A DNA stretch of 63,581 nt. It comes from Rhynchobatus australiae. Taxonomy: Eukaryota. Where the stretch lies: assembly GCA_034780895.1 (NCBI GenBank), contig JAUZTB010000066.1, positions 25,105,036 to 25,168,616 of the forward strand. Reading direction: 5' to 3'. A program made the position numbers and the translations under genes. Below, one piece after another: positions 22,500 to 36,939 of this stretch (within the stretch, counting starts at the first letter, position 1; each line of letters begins with the position of its first letter). The notes beneath the pieces are model-generated. The model did no database searches. It was not told where the DNA came from and was given only the letters and a program-made list of their open reading frames with translations.

Positions 22500-23110
22500 A
22501 GTTTTCTCAAGGATGCAGGAAAAACTTATGAGTTGGTTATAGTACAGTTTGGGATGGAGATGAGTCAGTGCAGTAGGAGTCAGCTGGAGGTTATTAGAAT
22601 TCTTGGAGATGAGGTTATGAAGTGGTAGAGTGGTTGGGAGTAGCAGGGTGGGTAAAGAGTCATGTTAGTCCACTCATGGCTTTGGCACAATCCTCTTTGA
22701 GTTAATTTGAGACTTAATCAGGATTGTATCTTGTCAAGTGGGATTTCCTTAGAGGGGGTGTGGGAGTTCTGGGACAATTGTAGCTGTACAAGTTGGAGTG
22801 CTATTGATAGATGGGAGATTGTTTGGAATTGTGTAATGGGCCAGATGAGAGAGTGGCACAGTTTCTGTCTGTCTAGTGGAGATTCTGTGAGGGGATGTAT
22901 GGTTGGTGTAGGTTGTATATCATTTCTGTCCAAGGATGATCTGCCCAGTGGGAGATTGGTGTGGATCATATATTGGGCTATTAGCAAGCTGTTGCATGCT
23001 GTGTATTGCATGAGTGTGAAGGTGATCTGGGGTGTATACTGGGCCATTGGGAAGGTTGGTAGAGATTGTACATTGGGCCAGAGTATTTCAGGCCATTGAG
23101 AGGCTGGTAG
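22500..23110 (-). mobile_element. Old L2/CR1-group LINE RT fragment
   Basis: Minus-strand QFQTISHL..QLVQLQL..LDKIQS resembles NYRPIS.L..LE..V..QL..LD..QS. Confidence 0.4.
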
Positions 23111-24799
23111 AAATGGTGCTGCTGAAAGCTTGTATTTGAGACAGTGATGATGGTAATGACATTTTTCCCACAGGGGAAAGGAGAACATTTATATAATAAA
23201 CGTATAGAAAAGGCCCTATCTTCTTGACCATTCATAAATTTGGGGTGTTTTATCTCTGTTTGGGACCAAATTGTTTTGAATAGACTGATCACAGCTGGTA
23301 CTGCAGAGAGAATCTTTAAACAGTCAAATTCTTCTGAATTTATCAATTCAAGTGCCTTGATAATTTGTACTTAGTGGTACAGTAAATGTCTTTGTAGCAG
23401 TGCCATCAATGTATACTGAGTTATTTGTTGCAAAGTTTCCAATGTCCCGCCACTATTGGATTAGTGAATAGTTTTTATGTGATGCTTGATCTTGATCTAA
23501 AAGCAATGCTTTTGTTTCCACCCACACACCCCACAACAAACAACCCCCCCACCCCCAACCATACTTGGTTATGGAGGAATTTATCTTTGTAGCATTAACG
23601 CTTCCATTGCCAGATATCTCCTTTTCTAGGTCACTGTGTGAGCACTTGTCTTTGTGTTGGCAGAACCTCGATACTGAATGGATGGTGTTGCTGAAACAAG
23701 GAGTTGGTGTTTTAGTTTAAAGCATTTTCACGTCAATGGATGGTAGTTGTGCTTTTTATTCAATGGCTGTTCAAGCAGATCAGGATCAAAACCATCCTGT
23801 ATGAATGCCTGTAATTCATTTCCAGTGTAGGGTTAACCCAGCCTGCTTCTAAAAGGAACATTTATCTCTGGAAATCTGTTACTTTAATGGAATGCATTGG
23901 GCAGAGTGAGAGCAGTGAAATTGATAGGGATCTGCTGTATTTTTAATTCTTTTTAATCTTCATGGCTGATAAAATGAATACATTAAGTAGATGAAAGGCT
24001 GGGTTCTGACTGAGGAGGTGTTTATTGAGGAGAGAATTGTAGCCCAGCCCTAAGTACAGCTAAAACAAGCCAAATGCAAACATAAGAGATTTGTTTATCT
24101 GAGTACTTCAAAGCGTTTTTTTCTCAGATCACCTGATAACCAGTCCTAAAGTCACACTGACTCTAATAAAGATGACGATAAAGAATTCTTTATCACTGAG
24201 CCACATCTTTTGTAGCCTTGTCTGCAGCGTGGAGCCTGCCTGGGACAACAGCTAGAAACTTATTAAATGTGTCCAAAAAGGGATCCCACCTGTGTGCCTA
24301 TCNNNNNNNNNNNNNNNNNNNNNNNNNNNNNNNNNNNNNNNNNNNNNNNNNNNNNNNNNNNNNNNNNNNNNNNNNNNNNNNNNNNNNNNNNNNNNNNNNN
24401 NNNNNNNNNNNNNNNNNNNNNNNNNNNNNNNNNNNNNNNNNNNNNNNNNNNNNNNNNNNNNNNNNNNNNNNNNNNNNNNNNNNNNNNNNNNNNNNNNNNN
24501 NNNNNNNNNNNNNNNNNNNNNNNNNNNNNNNNNNNNNNNNNNNNNNNNNNNNNNNNNNNNNNNNNNNNNNNNNNNNNNNNNNNNNNNNNNNNNNNNNNNN
24601 NNNNNNNNNNNNNNNNNNNNNNNNNNNNNNNNNNNNNNNNNNNNNNNNNNNNNNNNNNNNNNNNNNNNNNNNNNNNNNNNNNNNNNNNNNNNNNNNNNNN
24701 NNNNNNNNNNNNNNNNNNNNNNNNNNNNNNNNNNNNNNNNNNNNNNNNNNNNNNNNNNNNNNNNNNNNNNNNNNNNNNNNNNNNNNNNNNNNNNNNNNN

Positions 24800-24862
24800 T
24801 TGGCATCTATGGAGGCAAAAGGAAATGTCGATGTTTTGGGGCGAAACTCTACATCAGGACTG
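24800..24862 (-). mobile_element. Penelope-terminus fragment
   Basis: gcatctatggagg..gtcgatgttttggggcgaaactctacatcaggactg. Confidence 0.6.
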
Positions 24863-26007
24863 TTTTACCATTTCAGTCTATGTGCACAATATTGTACCAG
24901 CCAATGTGAATTTTGGAGCTTAGTATTTTCTTGCTGCTCCATCACATTCTTTGGCTTTTTAAAAAAGAATTTCCTGATTAGTTTACTGAAAGTTCATTTT
25001 TGATGCATCTCCATTCTCCATTGTTCAGCTACCTAGATGTTGATTTGCATTTGATTTCAAAAGCAGTATCATTGATTAAAATTGGATGAACTTCTGTTGT
25101 GAAGTTGAGACCAGTGACTTGACCTGGAAAAAACAATTAGAAATTGACTATACCTGCACTACCTTTGCGAAACTCACTAGTTGACAGGATAATTTGAATG
25201 AGCAGATTGAGTTCCAGGTCTGCTGAACTAGACTGATTTCAGCTGATGCAGCCATATTACAACTGACCTCAGAACCCCTGACCACAAATGGGGAAAATCA
25301 GTCACTGTACACCCACTAGTCCTGATTGCTAGTAACAGACACTGTCAAGTCTCCTTGTGCAGACGTTGGGACAAGATCCGGCTTGCTTGGCCTGAAGAAT
25401 ATGCTCTGGGGTGAGGAGCTTCAGAGTAAGGACCCAGCACAGTTTGCAGCTTCAGCAAAGGAGGATTATTTGACAATACAAGGGCAGCACCATAATCAAA
25501 TAAAAACTTTGCAGGCAGTGACTTTGACCAACATAAGCAAGGCCTCACCATGAAGTTCATCACCAAAGCGTATTTGCACAATTTATCAGCTTCACCTTGT
25601 GTAACCAACAATAAAATATAATTAAACTGAATTGGGAGGGAAAAGATAAAGTCTTTTGTTTCTTTTTGTTCAGGATGCATACAATGAACAGATTAATCCA
25701 CCAAATAGACACTCAGAAAAGGAACAATAGGCAGATTTGGGGCAGCATTGTTGGCTTTTTCTTCAAGGCACCTGGAACGTGCACAGGTTCTGTTTTGTTG
25801 GGAAATGCTGGATCGCTTCACTACCAATAAAAATGGCTAATCAGGCACCTGAGTTGAATGAACTTCCTGAGATATTGAGATCAATGTACATGAGAGTGCT
25901 CCTTAAAAAGAGTAAAGATCCACTTCTGTTGGCATAACTTCTGTTATCAGATGTGGCTAAAAGATAGCTAACCATTGCTACTTGCCTCAAAGGGATCTTA
26001 TCATGTC

Positions 26008-26550
26008 TGATTCAGAATCAAGTTTATTATCACTGACATATTTTGTGAAATTTGTTGTTTTACGGCAGCAGTACAGTGCAAGACATAAAGACATATAAAT
26101 TACTATATTACAAAAATAAATAAATATTGCAAAAGAGAAATAAGAGTGTTCATGGACAGTTCAGAAATCTGATGGTGGAGGGGAAGAAGTTGTTCCTGAA
26201 ACGTTGAGTATAGGTCTTCAGGCTCCTGTACCTCCTCCCCGATGGTAGCAACATGAAGAGGGTATGTCCCGGGTGGTTGGTGTCCTTAATGAAGGATGCC
26301 ACTTTCTTGAGGCGCCACCCCTTGAAAATGTCCTCAATGGGGAGGGTTGTGCCCATGATGGAGCTGGCTGAGTCTACAACCCACTGCAGCTTCCTTCAAT
26401 CCTGCACATTGGAACCTCTATACCAGGCAGTGATTGCAACCAGTCAGAATGCTCTCTACCTTGCATCTGTAGAAATTTGCAAGAGTCTTTGGTGATGTAC
26501 CAAATCTCCTCAAACTCCTGATGAAGTAGAGCATGATTGCATCAATGTGT
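26008..26550 (-). mobile_element. Rex1/Babar 3' end
   Basis: ORF 26150-26356 (GTTLPIED..LLPSGRRYRSLKTYTQRFRNNFFPSTIRFLN) and tail agaatcaagtttattatcactgac. Confidence 0.9.
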
Positions 26551-27559
26551 TGGCCCCAAGAAAGATCATTGGAGATGTTCATGCCCAGGAACTTGAAGCT
26601 GCATCACCACCATTCATGGGGTCATCCTGGATTTTTGTGAAGGAGGTTGCTTGTTTACACTACTGCTATTTTATTGCAGGTTTAGAACACTTACCCTTGC
26701 CAGTTTTGAATAATACATTCTGCAATTTGGCCACAACTTTCTCAATTTTGCAGCCTGCATTTGCTGAATTACTGATGTACCTTTTGCATCGTGGGTAGGG
26801 ACTGTTGCAGCCTTTTTGACCAATCAAGAAGATCACAGTCATTGAAAGTGTTGGAAACTTGATTGAGCAAAACTAAGTGTTAGGGGTGGGCTTGCAGTGG
26901 GCAGATCATGGCATTCTTCCCAATTGTACAGGCTCAAAAAGTAGCAGATAAGTATCTTACACCTATTGACATTTCATCTGGAATGTTCTCTTTGGTGTTG
27001 CCTTCTTAGAGGTATTTGCCCAGTTATAAGAGGGAGTGCAGAGAACGGCTGGATAGTGAGGTTATTTACCCTTAGATGAATACCTGCAGAGGAAGAGTTG
27101 CAGTGAATAAGTGGGAGGGGGGCAGTGGGGTGAGGTGTAGGGTGTGGATAAACTTTAATAATAGCCTTGTAACATTTCCATGGATGTGAAGGCTTTGAAT
27201 CAGTAAACTTATTTTATTAAGTGGATAATTGAGGAAACAACAATGCCGGAAATGCTGAATCAATCTGGTGTCGNNNNNNNNNNNNNNNNNNNNNNNNNNN
27301 NNNNNNNNNNNNNNNNNNNNNNNNNNNNNNNNNNNNNNNNNNNNNNNNNNNNNNNNNNNNNNNNNNNNNNNNNCTGTGGAGAAAATGTTTCAGGTTGAAG
27401 ACTGATCAGAATCTATATCTGCAGTCTTTTGATTTTCATTTACTGGACGATTTGAGGAGGACGGTTGCAGTTTAAAGTTAAAGTCTTTGAATGAGAGAAA
27501 ATGTAGGCAACATTTTCTTCCAACCAAAGGGTAAAATTGTGCAATAAAATCTCAAAGCA

Positions 27560-28095
27560 GGAGACCAGCAGCTCTGCTTCATAAGGAGTTTGAGGAGATT
27601 TTGTATGTCACCAAAGGCTCTTGCAAATTTCTACAGACGTACTGTAGAGGGCATTCTGACTGGTTGCGTCACTGCCCGGTACGGAGACTTCAATGTGCAG
27701 CATCGAAAGAAGCTGCAGAGGGTTGTAGACTCGGCCAGCTCCATCGCAGGCACAACCCTCCCCGCCATCAATGACATCTTCAAGAGGTTGGTGCCCCAAA
27801 AATGTGGCATCCATCATTAAGGACCATCACCATCCGGGACATTCCCTCTTCTCAATACTCCAATCAGGGAGGAGGTACAGGAGCCTGAAGAGAGATGCTC
27901 AAAATTTAAGGAACAGCTTCTTCCCCTCCGACATTAGATTTCTGAACAGTCCATGAATACTACCTTGCTATTCCTCTTTTTGCACTATTTATTTATTTTT
28001 TGGTGGCTTATAGTAGTTTTTATCTCTTGCACTGTACTGCTGCTGCAAAATAACAGACTTCCTGATATGTCAGTGATAATAAACCTGATTCTGAC
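27560..28095 (+). mobile_element. Rex1/Babar 3' end
   Basis: LANFYRRTVEGILTGCVTARYG..KKLQRVV..SGRRYRSLK and tail gtcagtgataataaacctgattctga. Confidence 0.9.
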
Positions 28096-29559
28096 AGAAA
28101 TGCAGAGCAGGAATTTTCAAAAGTATGGATAAATTCCTTTTGGAGAATGGGATACTAAGGGAATGGGGAAGAGGTTTGGACCAAAAGATAGATTGAACAA
28201 TCACCTTAAAGTTTCTCCAAACTTTACTGCAATATCATAAGCCAATCAAATCAAACGCTAGGAACCCTAGAAAAAGGTAAGAGTGAAAAAGGAAGACCCA
28301 AAGAAGTGGATCCAAGCGATGTTGAGCCACGCTAAGATGGACTAGATCCCCAAGGAAAAGTGAACAGCAGCAGATTTTAAAAAACACCATTGTCCTTTTC
28401 TACATTGAGTTTAATTTGAAGTACAACTACTGATGATGACAACGACTTATGCATTTCGGTAATGACTTAAAAAGTATTTTATTGTTCAGCATTTGGCATT
28501 CAAAAGATGACTTTGTATTAATTTTATTTGGTGACTGCATAGAACTGGCCTGGAAAAGGTTGTTCTGTTGCAGGAGATGTGTTGATCTATTTAGCATGCT
28601 CCGCTGTTGATTCCTTTTTGGGATACATACCTTCTTAAAATCTGTGGCGATGTAAAACAAGAAAGGCCTTCATATGTCCTTCTTTTGATAGCATGTTCTG
28701 TTAATGAAGGGGCATGGCTCCTTTTATTTAAGGTGTATCCAGAAGGAATGGGACTCTGGTTTCTTAACAAGCAGTGTTTACTGAGCCCACAACTTTTTTG
28801 CGTTTGTAGTGATCCAGGGCTGCCTATCTTGGTAGACAATGTGAATTGTGATAAATTGAGAAAATATTATTCAGATGGTTGCAAGAATTATTAGATACTG
28901 AAGGAAATGCACATCCTTTAGATGGCAATTGAGAAACATTCAGGGGATTAGCTGAAAGAGTGGGACAGTTTTTTCCATAGATGTGTTCTTTTCTGACTGC
29001 CAAAATGCTTGGTTGCTGTATGTTGCTAGTTTCCTTTGATGTGCTTAGTGTAAAATCCTTAAAAGATTTTGCAGTAGTATAATCTCGGATTTAAAGCAGA
29101 CGGAAGTATGGAACAGTAAACACTTCAGTTCATCCCTGCACAAATAAGTAAACATGACCCCAGAAATGATGCTACAAAGCCCACCCTGTTGTCGGTAGGA
29201 ACCTGGATGAAGGCTGGAGATTGGAGGGAAAGGAAGGACTGTTATCTTCAGAAAGTGTTAGTGAGAAATTTCTGCAGAGCGTCCAGTGTGAATTAGATTG
29301 GAGACTGTGTGTCTTTGTCATCATACCTGAGCCTACCTTTTTCCAATAGTACTAGCTTTCAGATGCTGTAACTATAAGTGTTACTTTGTCATATACTTTT
29401 AACTCCTCTTCATTTGCTCAGATTTTGGAAGGGGAAAGGATCTAATTAAAACCATCATGCAATACAGAAAATTACGGTATTTCCAGAAACTCCTTTGATC
29501 TACAGGAGCATAAATGTTATTGCTGTATTTGATTTAGTTGCTAACTTCTGTATTGTAAG

Positions 29560-30140
29560 ATTGTTAACTTCCTGAATTATTTCCTCATTTGCATGCTCCC
29601 CTTTGGCTACATCATTCAAAACTATGGGGTCATCTTCCACAAGTGAGCTCTACCTCTCTGTCATCTTGATTTATTCTTTACTGCCTGTAGTGTTGACAGA
29701 TTGCTTGCCCTTTTGTACTTTCTAGAGCAAAGCACTGAGCTGGATGAAGCCATCGTCTCAGATTGAAATTCTGATCTATGGATATCCATTCCTGCAGTTT
29801 CCTTTGCCCTTCATAAACACCAGCTCCATCAAAACCTCATTGCTTATATTCTGTCCCATGCCAAATTGCCCATTGAACCCATTCTCTGGATCTGAACTCT
29901 TAGATATCTAAAGTATCAAAATATTCCTCCTGTACATCAATGCCTCTCTGGCCTTGCCTTATCCAAACGATTTAACCCACAATAGTCCTCTTACTGCCCC
30001 ATTGCCTGCTCAGTGTTCCTTGACATCAGGTTCTTGTGCACTTGCATTTGCTCCCCTACTCCTCTGTGCCCCATTATTGGGATTTGGGACATCCTACAAT
30101 TGTGAAGTGTTGTTGTGAATGGTGCCATTTAAATGAAATT
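29560..30140 (+). mobile_element. Old L2 LINE 3' region
   Basis: ccctttggctacatcattcaaaactatggggtcatcttccac..agctctacctctct (PLG.II..YG..FH..LYLS) and a downstream L2-like segment. Confidence 0.5.
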
Positions 30141-30299
30141 TTGATATTCTTTCTATGCTCAGGTGCACTAATCTTACACAAGATGAATGCAGCAGATGTG
30201 CAGTACTTAAATTATTAATTATTCAGTAAACAAAATTTTTTAAATCTAATGATCTTGGCCAGAAGTCCTGAGCATCTGAACCACCGATTTAACATGGAC

Positions 30300-30630
30300 C
30301 ATTTCTAATGTACAGGGCATCACTTGCTTAATACTAGAGGGCATGCATTTAAGGTGAAAGGAGGAGAGTTAAAGGAGATGTGCGGGGCAATTTTTTTTAC
30401 ACAGTGAGTGGTGGGTGCCTGGAATATGCTGCCAAGGTTGGTGGTGGAAGCAGATATGACAGAGGGATTTAAGAAGCTCTTAAATGGGCACATGAATATG
30501 CTAAGAATGAAGGGATAGGGACCATGTGCAGGCAGAAGGGATTAGTTTAATTAGCCATCTTCATTAGTTTGACACAACGTCATGGGCTGAAGGGCCTGTT
30601 CCAATGCTGTCCTGTTCTATGATTGACTAT
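30300..30630 (+). mobile_element. CR1/HER1 LINE 3' end
   Basis: actagagggcatgcatttaaggtgaaagg (TRGH.FK), gtggtgggtgcctggaa and tail gggctgaagggcctgttcc..tgttctatg. Confidence 0.9.
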
Positions 30631-30929
30631 GTGCTCATTATATAATCTTTCTTGAATAAGAACTGGCNNNNNNNTCATCACCGCCATTCTTCAGTTGTTT
30701 CACCATTTTTTATTTTCCATGCTGCTTGTCACAACCTTATTTTAAACTCTAACCCACGTCTCAACTCATCGTGTCCCTTTCAGCTCTCACGCCTATGGTT
30801 TACTGACATATTTCAGAAGAATGTCAGATATAAAATTATATATAAAATTCTAGTTTTTATTTTCATTACATTTCTGTTGTCTCAAATCTTCTCAAATCTG
30901 TTAGCCAAACAGCTATTTATATTTGAAGA

Positions 30930-31150
30930 TGTCAGTTCTCCACCAGTATTTTGATCTGTTCTTTTACAATGACAGCTGAGCTTTTATCTTTCTGGGTTCC
31001 AGGTTCCAGGATTCCTTCAGCATACCCTTCCCTTTTTTTTTTGCCGTTCTTCCTTTTTAAGATGATTTTTATAGCCTCTTTCTCATCAAGCCTTTGATGT
31101 CAAATTTTGGCTGATGTGGTCTCATGAAGCACCTTGGAATATTTTACTGT
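30930..31150 (+). mobile_element. L2 LINE 3' tail
   Basis: caagcctttg..gtcaaattttggctgat..tgaagcaccttggaatattttact. Confidence 0.5.
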
Positions 31151-32719
31151 GATGTTGCTTCACTAATAACTGGCTTGGCAAAGTCAAGAATTAAGTTATT
31201 GATCAATCTAACCTCATTTACCCTGGAAAATTGGCTTCACCTCAACCTGAAGGTCTTCATTCTTTTCCACATTCCAATCTTCTTTAACTGTGCAGATTGT
31301 ACTAGAAGGATGAAAAGTAAACTTTGCCTTTCTGTACACATAGATCAAAGTCAACTCTTTCGTAAATTGCAACATGCAATGCTTAGATGGAGAGGCAATA
31401 TTCCAGTCACATCAAATATAATCCAGCCAGTACATCAGCCATTTACATGAGCATAACTGGATAACATCTATACTCCAAGGCTTCTGCTTTCAACAAATCT
31501 TGCGCTTGTCATGGTTTGAGGCTGAACATCAAAAAGGGATTTGAATTTTTGGCAATTATTCTTATTATCAGCTCCGGATCACAAATTCCACATTTCTTCT
31601 GGTTGATCGTGAATGACAATAAGAAAGAAGTGTGGCAATGCTGTTGGCCCATCGACCTTCTCTTTCCTCACAGACTATGCAGAATCTATCTCATTGTGAG
31701 TTCACAGGCCCTTTTAATCAAAGAGGTTCTGTGATGACTTTGCTTATTATCTCTCAATCTTTTCTTAACATGGACTATGTTTGTTGTCAGTTTCTACTGT
31801 GTAGCCTCCCTGAGGAAGTGTGCATTGTAAGCAGTGAAGCACTTTAGTTTTAAATTTGTTTTGACCCTCTTTTGGTGGTGGGGATCATGGTGTTCTGTGA
31901 GGATCACATTGAATATCCTCAATGTTGTTTCCTGAAGCACAGTCTCATTTGGAGGTAACATTGTGGGTGGGGTGGTAGACTGTTTGTAGTTGCATACTAG
32001 CCCCATGTAACTGACTAATAATGAGTCTGTTTGGATTATGTTTTCCTGTTCCTGAAATCCCTAGTCTTGGTTTCCTGCCATCACTGAAAACCTGTTTATA
32101 CTTAAAATACCAACTTAATTCATATCTAAATGATATAAATAAAATCTTCAAATTTGGATGATGTTACAATTTAAAGAATGACTGATCTTTGGCTGGGTGC
32201 GTTCATACCTGNNNNNNNNNNNNNNNNNNNNNNNNNNNNNNNNNNNNNNNNTTTGAACACTTCATGCCCAGTTAGCCAGTTGACAGCAGCAGATGCTAAG
32301 TACAACAGTATTTTCTGGGGTTGTTAGAACTGGAGATTTTACATTGTGGTCATGTTTTGGTTTGGATATGGGAAATACTTTTAGCTGAAAGACAGCAGTC
32401 GATTTGCAAATACAGTGTTGTTGCACTGTTTTCATTAATATGCCATTCTCAATTTATTTTTCCTGCATTACATTGCTGACTTCAATTCAAAGAAATGTCA
32501 TTGGCAGCAAAGTGTTTGTGGATGTCTTGAATGAACATGAGTGGTGCCACATCGTTGCTGTTTTCCACTCTAATCACTGAATTTGCAGTGTGGAGGAGAC
32601 CATTGGGTCAATCAGGTCCTTCCTGGTGCTGGCACTTCAACTGGCATCATTTGTCTACAATTCCATTCTGTGCCATATTAAGATACCTTTGTGTGCAGAC
32701 TCTGAAAATCTTAAGCAGG

Positions 32720-33660
32720 ATTGAATCATTTAATTGAGTGCACTAAGTGAATGCCAGTATTGAGGAAGGTTCTCAGTGAACCTCAGTCCAAAAAAAAGTG
32801 CCACGCAATGGTTTTGGAAGGTAAAAGAAAATTGGGGAAATGAAGGAATTCGGTGCACTTCGAGAGAATGAACTGGAAAACTGCCAATTTCTAGAGCGCT
32901 GGGGACTGTAGAGTTTGTGGCCTGAGGAGATGCAAGTCTGCAGGACATTGCAATAGTTGTTAGGGAGATAATTCAGCTTTTTAAGTAAACAGTTTGATCA
33001 AAATTGCATCACTTTAATTTTTTGATTTTTATTTTAATTCATACATATTCCAAGTACATTATAAAGTATTTTGTTGCTTCAGTTTTTGACTTGGATCATC
33101 TCTGCTAGTTACTCCATGCTGTGTGAACTCAGTAGATCCTGTGTGATGTTTCGTCCCCAAAGCCTATATCTCAATTTGAATAAAAATGTACAAATGTCTA
33201 TGATTTCAAGTAATGTGGTAATTTAGCTATGGGAGTGTGGGGGGTAGGGGCTCGTTATTCTTGGCAGTGGACTGTAAAATCACCAGCATTTGTGTTTGAT
33301 GATTTAGTTAAGGCACTTTATTGTCAGGCAGTCTTTTGCCATTTCCTAGCTAGGCTCTTGCATGGAGGACAGCTCTTGAGCAAAGTAGCTCACTCCAGAG
33401 AGACTCCTTGTTACTCGTTGTTATTTGGTACTCAGCACTTCCACTGGTTTGATTCTTTGCCTACCTTTCACTCTGACAGATTACACACTCCCTTGCCTTT
33501 GGTAGAACTCTGTGGCCTGTTTTTGTCAATATTGGAGCAATGCTGTGGGCTTGCCTTGTTACTGCTGTTATTCATTAACTTTGCAGTATCATTTAGAGTT
33601 GGCTTTCAACACAAACACCGCTATCTCAGCCACCCACAGCCTATAGTAACATGGAAATAA
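32720..33660 (-). mobile_element. Decayed L1/Tx1-clade LINE fragments
   Basis: Minus-strand IKPVEVL..LWSELL..ARKWQK.LP and VALFFGL resemble the post-RT region of Tx1 elements. Confidence 0.35.
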
Positions 33661-34879
33661 CACCATTAGGGAACAAGGGACATCTGAAATATTTTTCAGC
33701 CCTACTCTACCTAGAAAGTACAAATGAATTTTATGCTTTCCCACCCTCAATCCCCACCACAGCCCAGCATGACAGCAATCCATCTTCAGAAGCCAGGCAC
33801 ATGTTTGAACTCCTCTTAAGCACACACCATGTTAAACCTCCTCTTTCAACAATGTGACAGAAATCTGCTTAACCTTTTACATAATCATTCTCGCACACTT
33901 TTACACTCTCTCTCGCACATTGTCCCTTGCACGCCTGCTCTCACTCCCTCTCGCTTGCACGTATGCAAGCTATGCTCAAGAATCTGACCACAGCTACTTC
34001 CATCCTTGCCAAATCAAACACAAGTTGCTGTTTACTCTCTAGACTCTGTACGTTTCAGAATTGGCAGCATTGTTTCCAAGTGATGGTTGAGGCAGTAAGT
34101 ACCATACTGCTTTAGCCTCCCATTCTGATGATCCCAAGATTTGGGATTTGCAGGTGGCCTTCTTAAAAAAAACTTAAACTTGGGAATCAATGGGAATCAA
34201 GCTGATAGTCCACTGTTTCCAATCTGCCATCCAACATTTTACATTACTTCAGGCACTGGGAAAACGCTAGTTCTATTTGACCTTTATTGCCATCTCTCAT
34301 CACTAAAATCTAACGTTAGTACTGTCGGTGTACAAGGCTACCCCTTGTGGAAACGGGCTTGTGTTTCCATAGCAAAACAATTTGCTGAAAAACTAGCTTT
34401 GTCAGTTTGGATTGTCGTGGTTGACTTTCAGAATATAATTTTTCAGTCCAAAATTGTAGGATTTACACTTCAGTCTTAATCTACTTTTCAAACTATTGTT
34501 GATGTTGAAATGATTTTGCTTTGTGGATAGTTCTGGCTCTTCAGCATCTGCCACAGTTACAATGGTTGGGTAGTTTGTTGTAGCGATTAAAGTGAGAATC
34601 TCTCAACCTGTGTTTTGCGCCAGGTCTGAGAGCTTGATATTCAAATATCCTTTTCCTTAGATTGTACTGGTGCATTTGAAGGCATTTGGTAAATTTTATT
34701 ATTGATGTCTGCCTTATTGAGAATTGGGATGTGGTCCATGATTTTTAGGATTTTGCCACGCATCTTCATTGTTGGAGGCCAGTGTGGTGGTTATTAGAGG
34801 ACCTTTGTCTTGCAGATGTTGGGTGCAAGGCCCATCTACTGGTAAGCTTCAGCCTTTGAATGTGCTCAAACGCATACTG

Positions 34880-36310
34880 CAGCTCAGCTACTGATGTTGG
34901 GCTAACCTTTGTTTCTGGAGTGTAGTGGCCACAGATTGAACAGCTTCCCATTAGTTCTGAAAGTTAGCTCCATTCTTGTGGGAAGTTTTTTGAAGGTGAG
35001 ATGCAACATTGCAGCAAGAGAGATTGAGATGAAACATGGGGGCAATAACACAGCCTTCTGACAAATGGAAGATATTCTAGGGAGTTCAAGAAAGGAGATG
35101 GTTCCAACTGTGGTAACTACAGAGTGGTGTCCTTGCTGTCTGCTGTAAGCAAAGTTGTTGGCAGGTCTTTCTCAACTGCCTCCTCTCAGTGGCAGAAGAG
35201 CTGCTCCCTGATTCATAGCATTCTGTCTATCTAGAGGCACAGTGGACATGATCTTCACAACAGCAGCTCTGAGAAGTGTGCAGAGAGCAGCACGAACACC
35301 AGCTACTATGTGTGTTTCTTTCACCTTACCGAAGTCTTGTGTTCCACCATCCTTCCTGATTGATGGAACCACTTACTCAAATTTGGATGCCCACTGAAAT
35401 TCTATTCCATTTCACATTTATTCTATGAATGCAGACTATGATACTATCCAATGGGGCTACAACAGAATCAATACCAGTGAAATCTAGAGTCTCAATCAGA
35501 AATTAGGATGGGGAGTAAATGCCAGCTTTACCAGCAATGCCCAGATGTTGGAAAAATAAAAAAAATAATAAACATTGGCTCGATGCATGTACAGATGTTG
35601 ACTTTGCAGCTCCACCCAAACCCTAAAAAACAGGATTAATTATTTTATTCCATTATCCAACCCAAACTCTTTGTGTTTAAGAGAAAGTGTGCTAAAGAGC
35701 TTTCACANNNNNNNNNNNNNNNNNNNNNNNNNNNNNNNNNNNNNNNNNNNNNNNNNNNNNNNNNNNNNNNNNNNNNNNNNNNNNNNNNNNNNNNNNNNNN
35801 NNNNNNNNNNNNNNNNNACCATAATGTTGTGCAAATTGAGTAATACAGGAAACTGAAAGGATAAGCAAATCAACAGCAATATTTTCTCCCAGACAAATGT
35901 TTCCAGCATTGAGACCCTAATTACACTCAGATGCATAACACCAGACTCCTGAAACAGACAATATAACAAGCTTTGCTGTGGGATGGGATCATCAGGCAGA
36001 CAGAGGAAGCAATTCAAGAATATTCTTAAAACGTCCCTGGAAAAATGGCAACATTCCCAATGATGTGGGAGTTACTGGCCTATGAGTGTTCAACATAGAG
36101 AAAGAACATTTGGGAAGGCATTGATCACTTTGAGTCCATGCACTGGGAGCATAAGGAAGCCTTAAGTAAATGGTGGGAAAAAAAATTCACCAGCTCTGTA
36201 ACTATCCACCGACCTGCCCCATCTGTGGTTCCCAAATTTTCCTTGTTGTTCGACTCAGCCCATAGAACTGGAGTGAAAGCAAATCATCTAAGTACTAAGA
36301 AGATGATGAT
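34880..36310 (+). mobile_element. RTE-clade LINE RT remnant (with nested fragments)
   Basis: GNYRVVSLLSAVSKVVGR..VAEELLPDS..SRGTVDMIFT..CREQH at ~35110-35295, KFGCP at ~35380 and a 3' region (agaagcaattcaagaatattcttaaa). Confidence 0.8.
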
Positions 36311-36939
36311 TTTTCATTTGAATTGACAGACAAAATCTGAGTACCATAATTTGTGGTACGATGTATCATGACATATGTAGTTTTTGTNNNNNNNNNNNNN
36401 NNNNNNNNNNNNNNNNNNNNNNNNNNNNNNNNNNNNNNNNNNNNNNNNNNNNNNNNNNNNNNNNNNNNNNNNNNNNNNNNNNNNNNNNNNNNNNNNNNNN
36501 NNNNNNNNNNNNNNNNNNNNNNNNNNNNNNNNNNNNNNNNNNNNNNNNNNNNNNNNNNNNNNNNNNNNGCAATGTTTTGTAATGAGTGATGACTAGGTAT
36601 CCATGATCCTCAAACATGCATTTAGTCCATCAGATCTCAGAACCAATTTAACATACTTTGAATAAATTGGAGGATTTGGCTTATCTTGATAAGCCATTGA
36701 AGAGCTATTGAAATTGATTCCAGGAATGATTTACTTTATTTCAGTGAATGTTTGTATGGAAAGTGAAAGGTTTGTTTTCTTTAACAGTGTGGCTGGTTAG
36801 CTTTAAAATGTAAAGTTGCATAGGCTCTTGCAACCAAATGAGAGAAGAATTTGTATTTATACCTGCAGGTCATCACACAGGACAGCACAGCTAGTTATTC
36901 ACTATCAATGTGTAGCTAACTGATCAATAGACATATTTA

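Noticed and set aside
34363-34378. RFX X-box-like GTTTCCATAGCAAAAC
   Set aside because: It is a single imperfect match with no supporting context.
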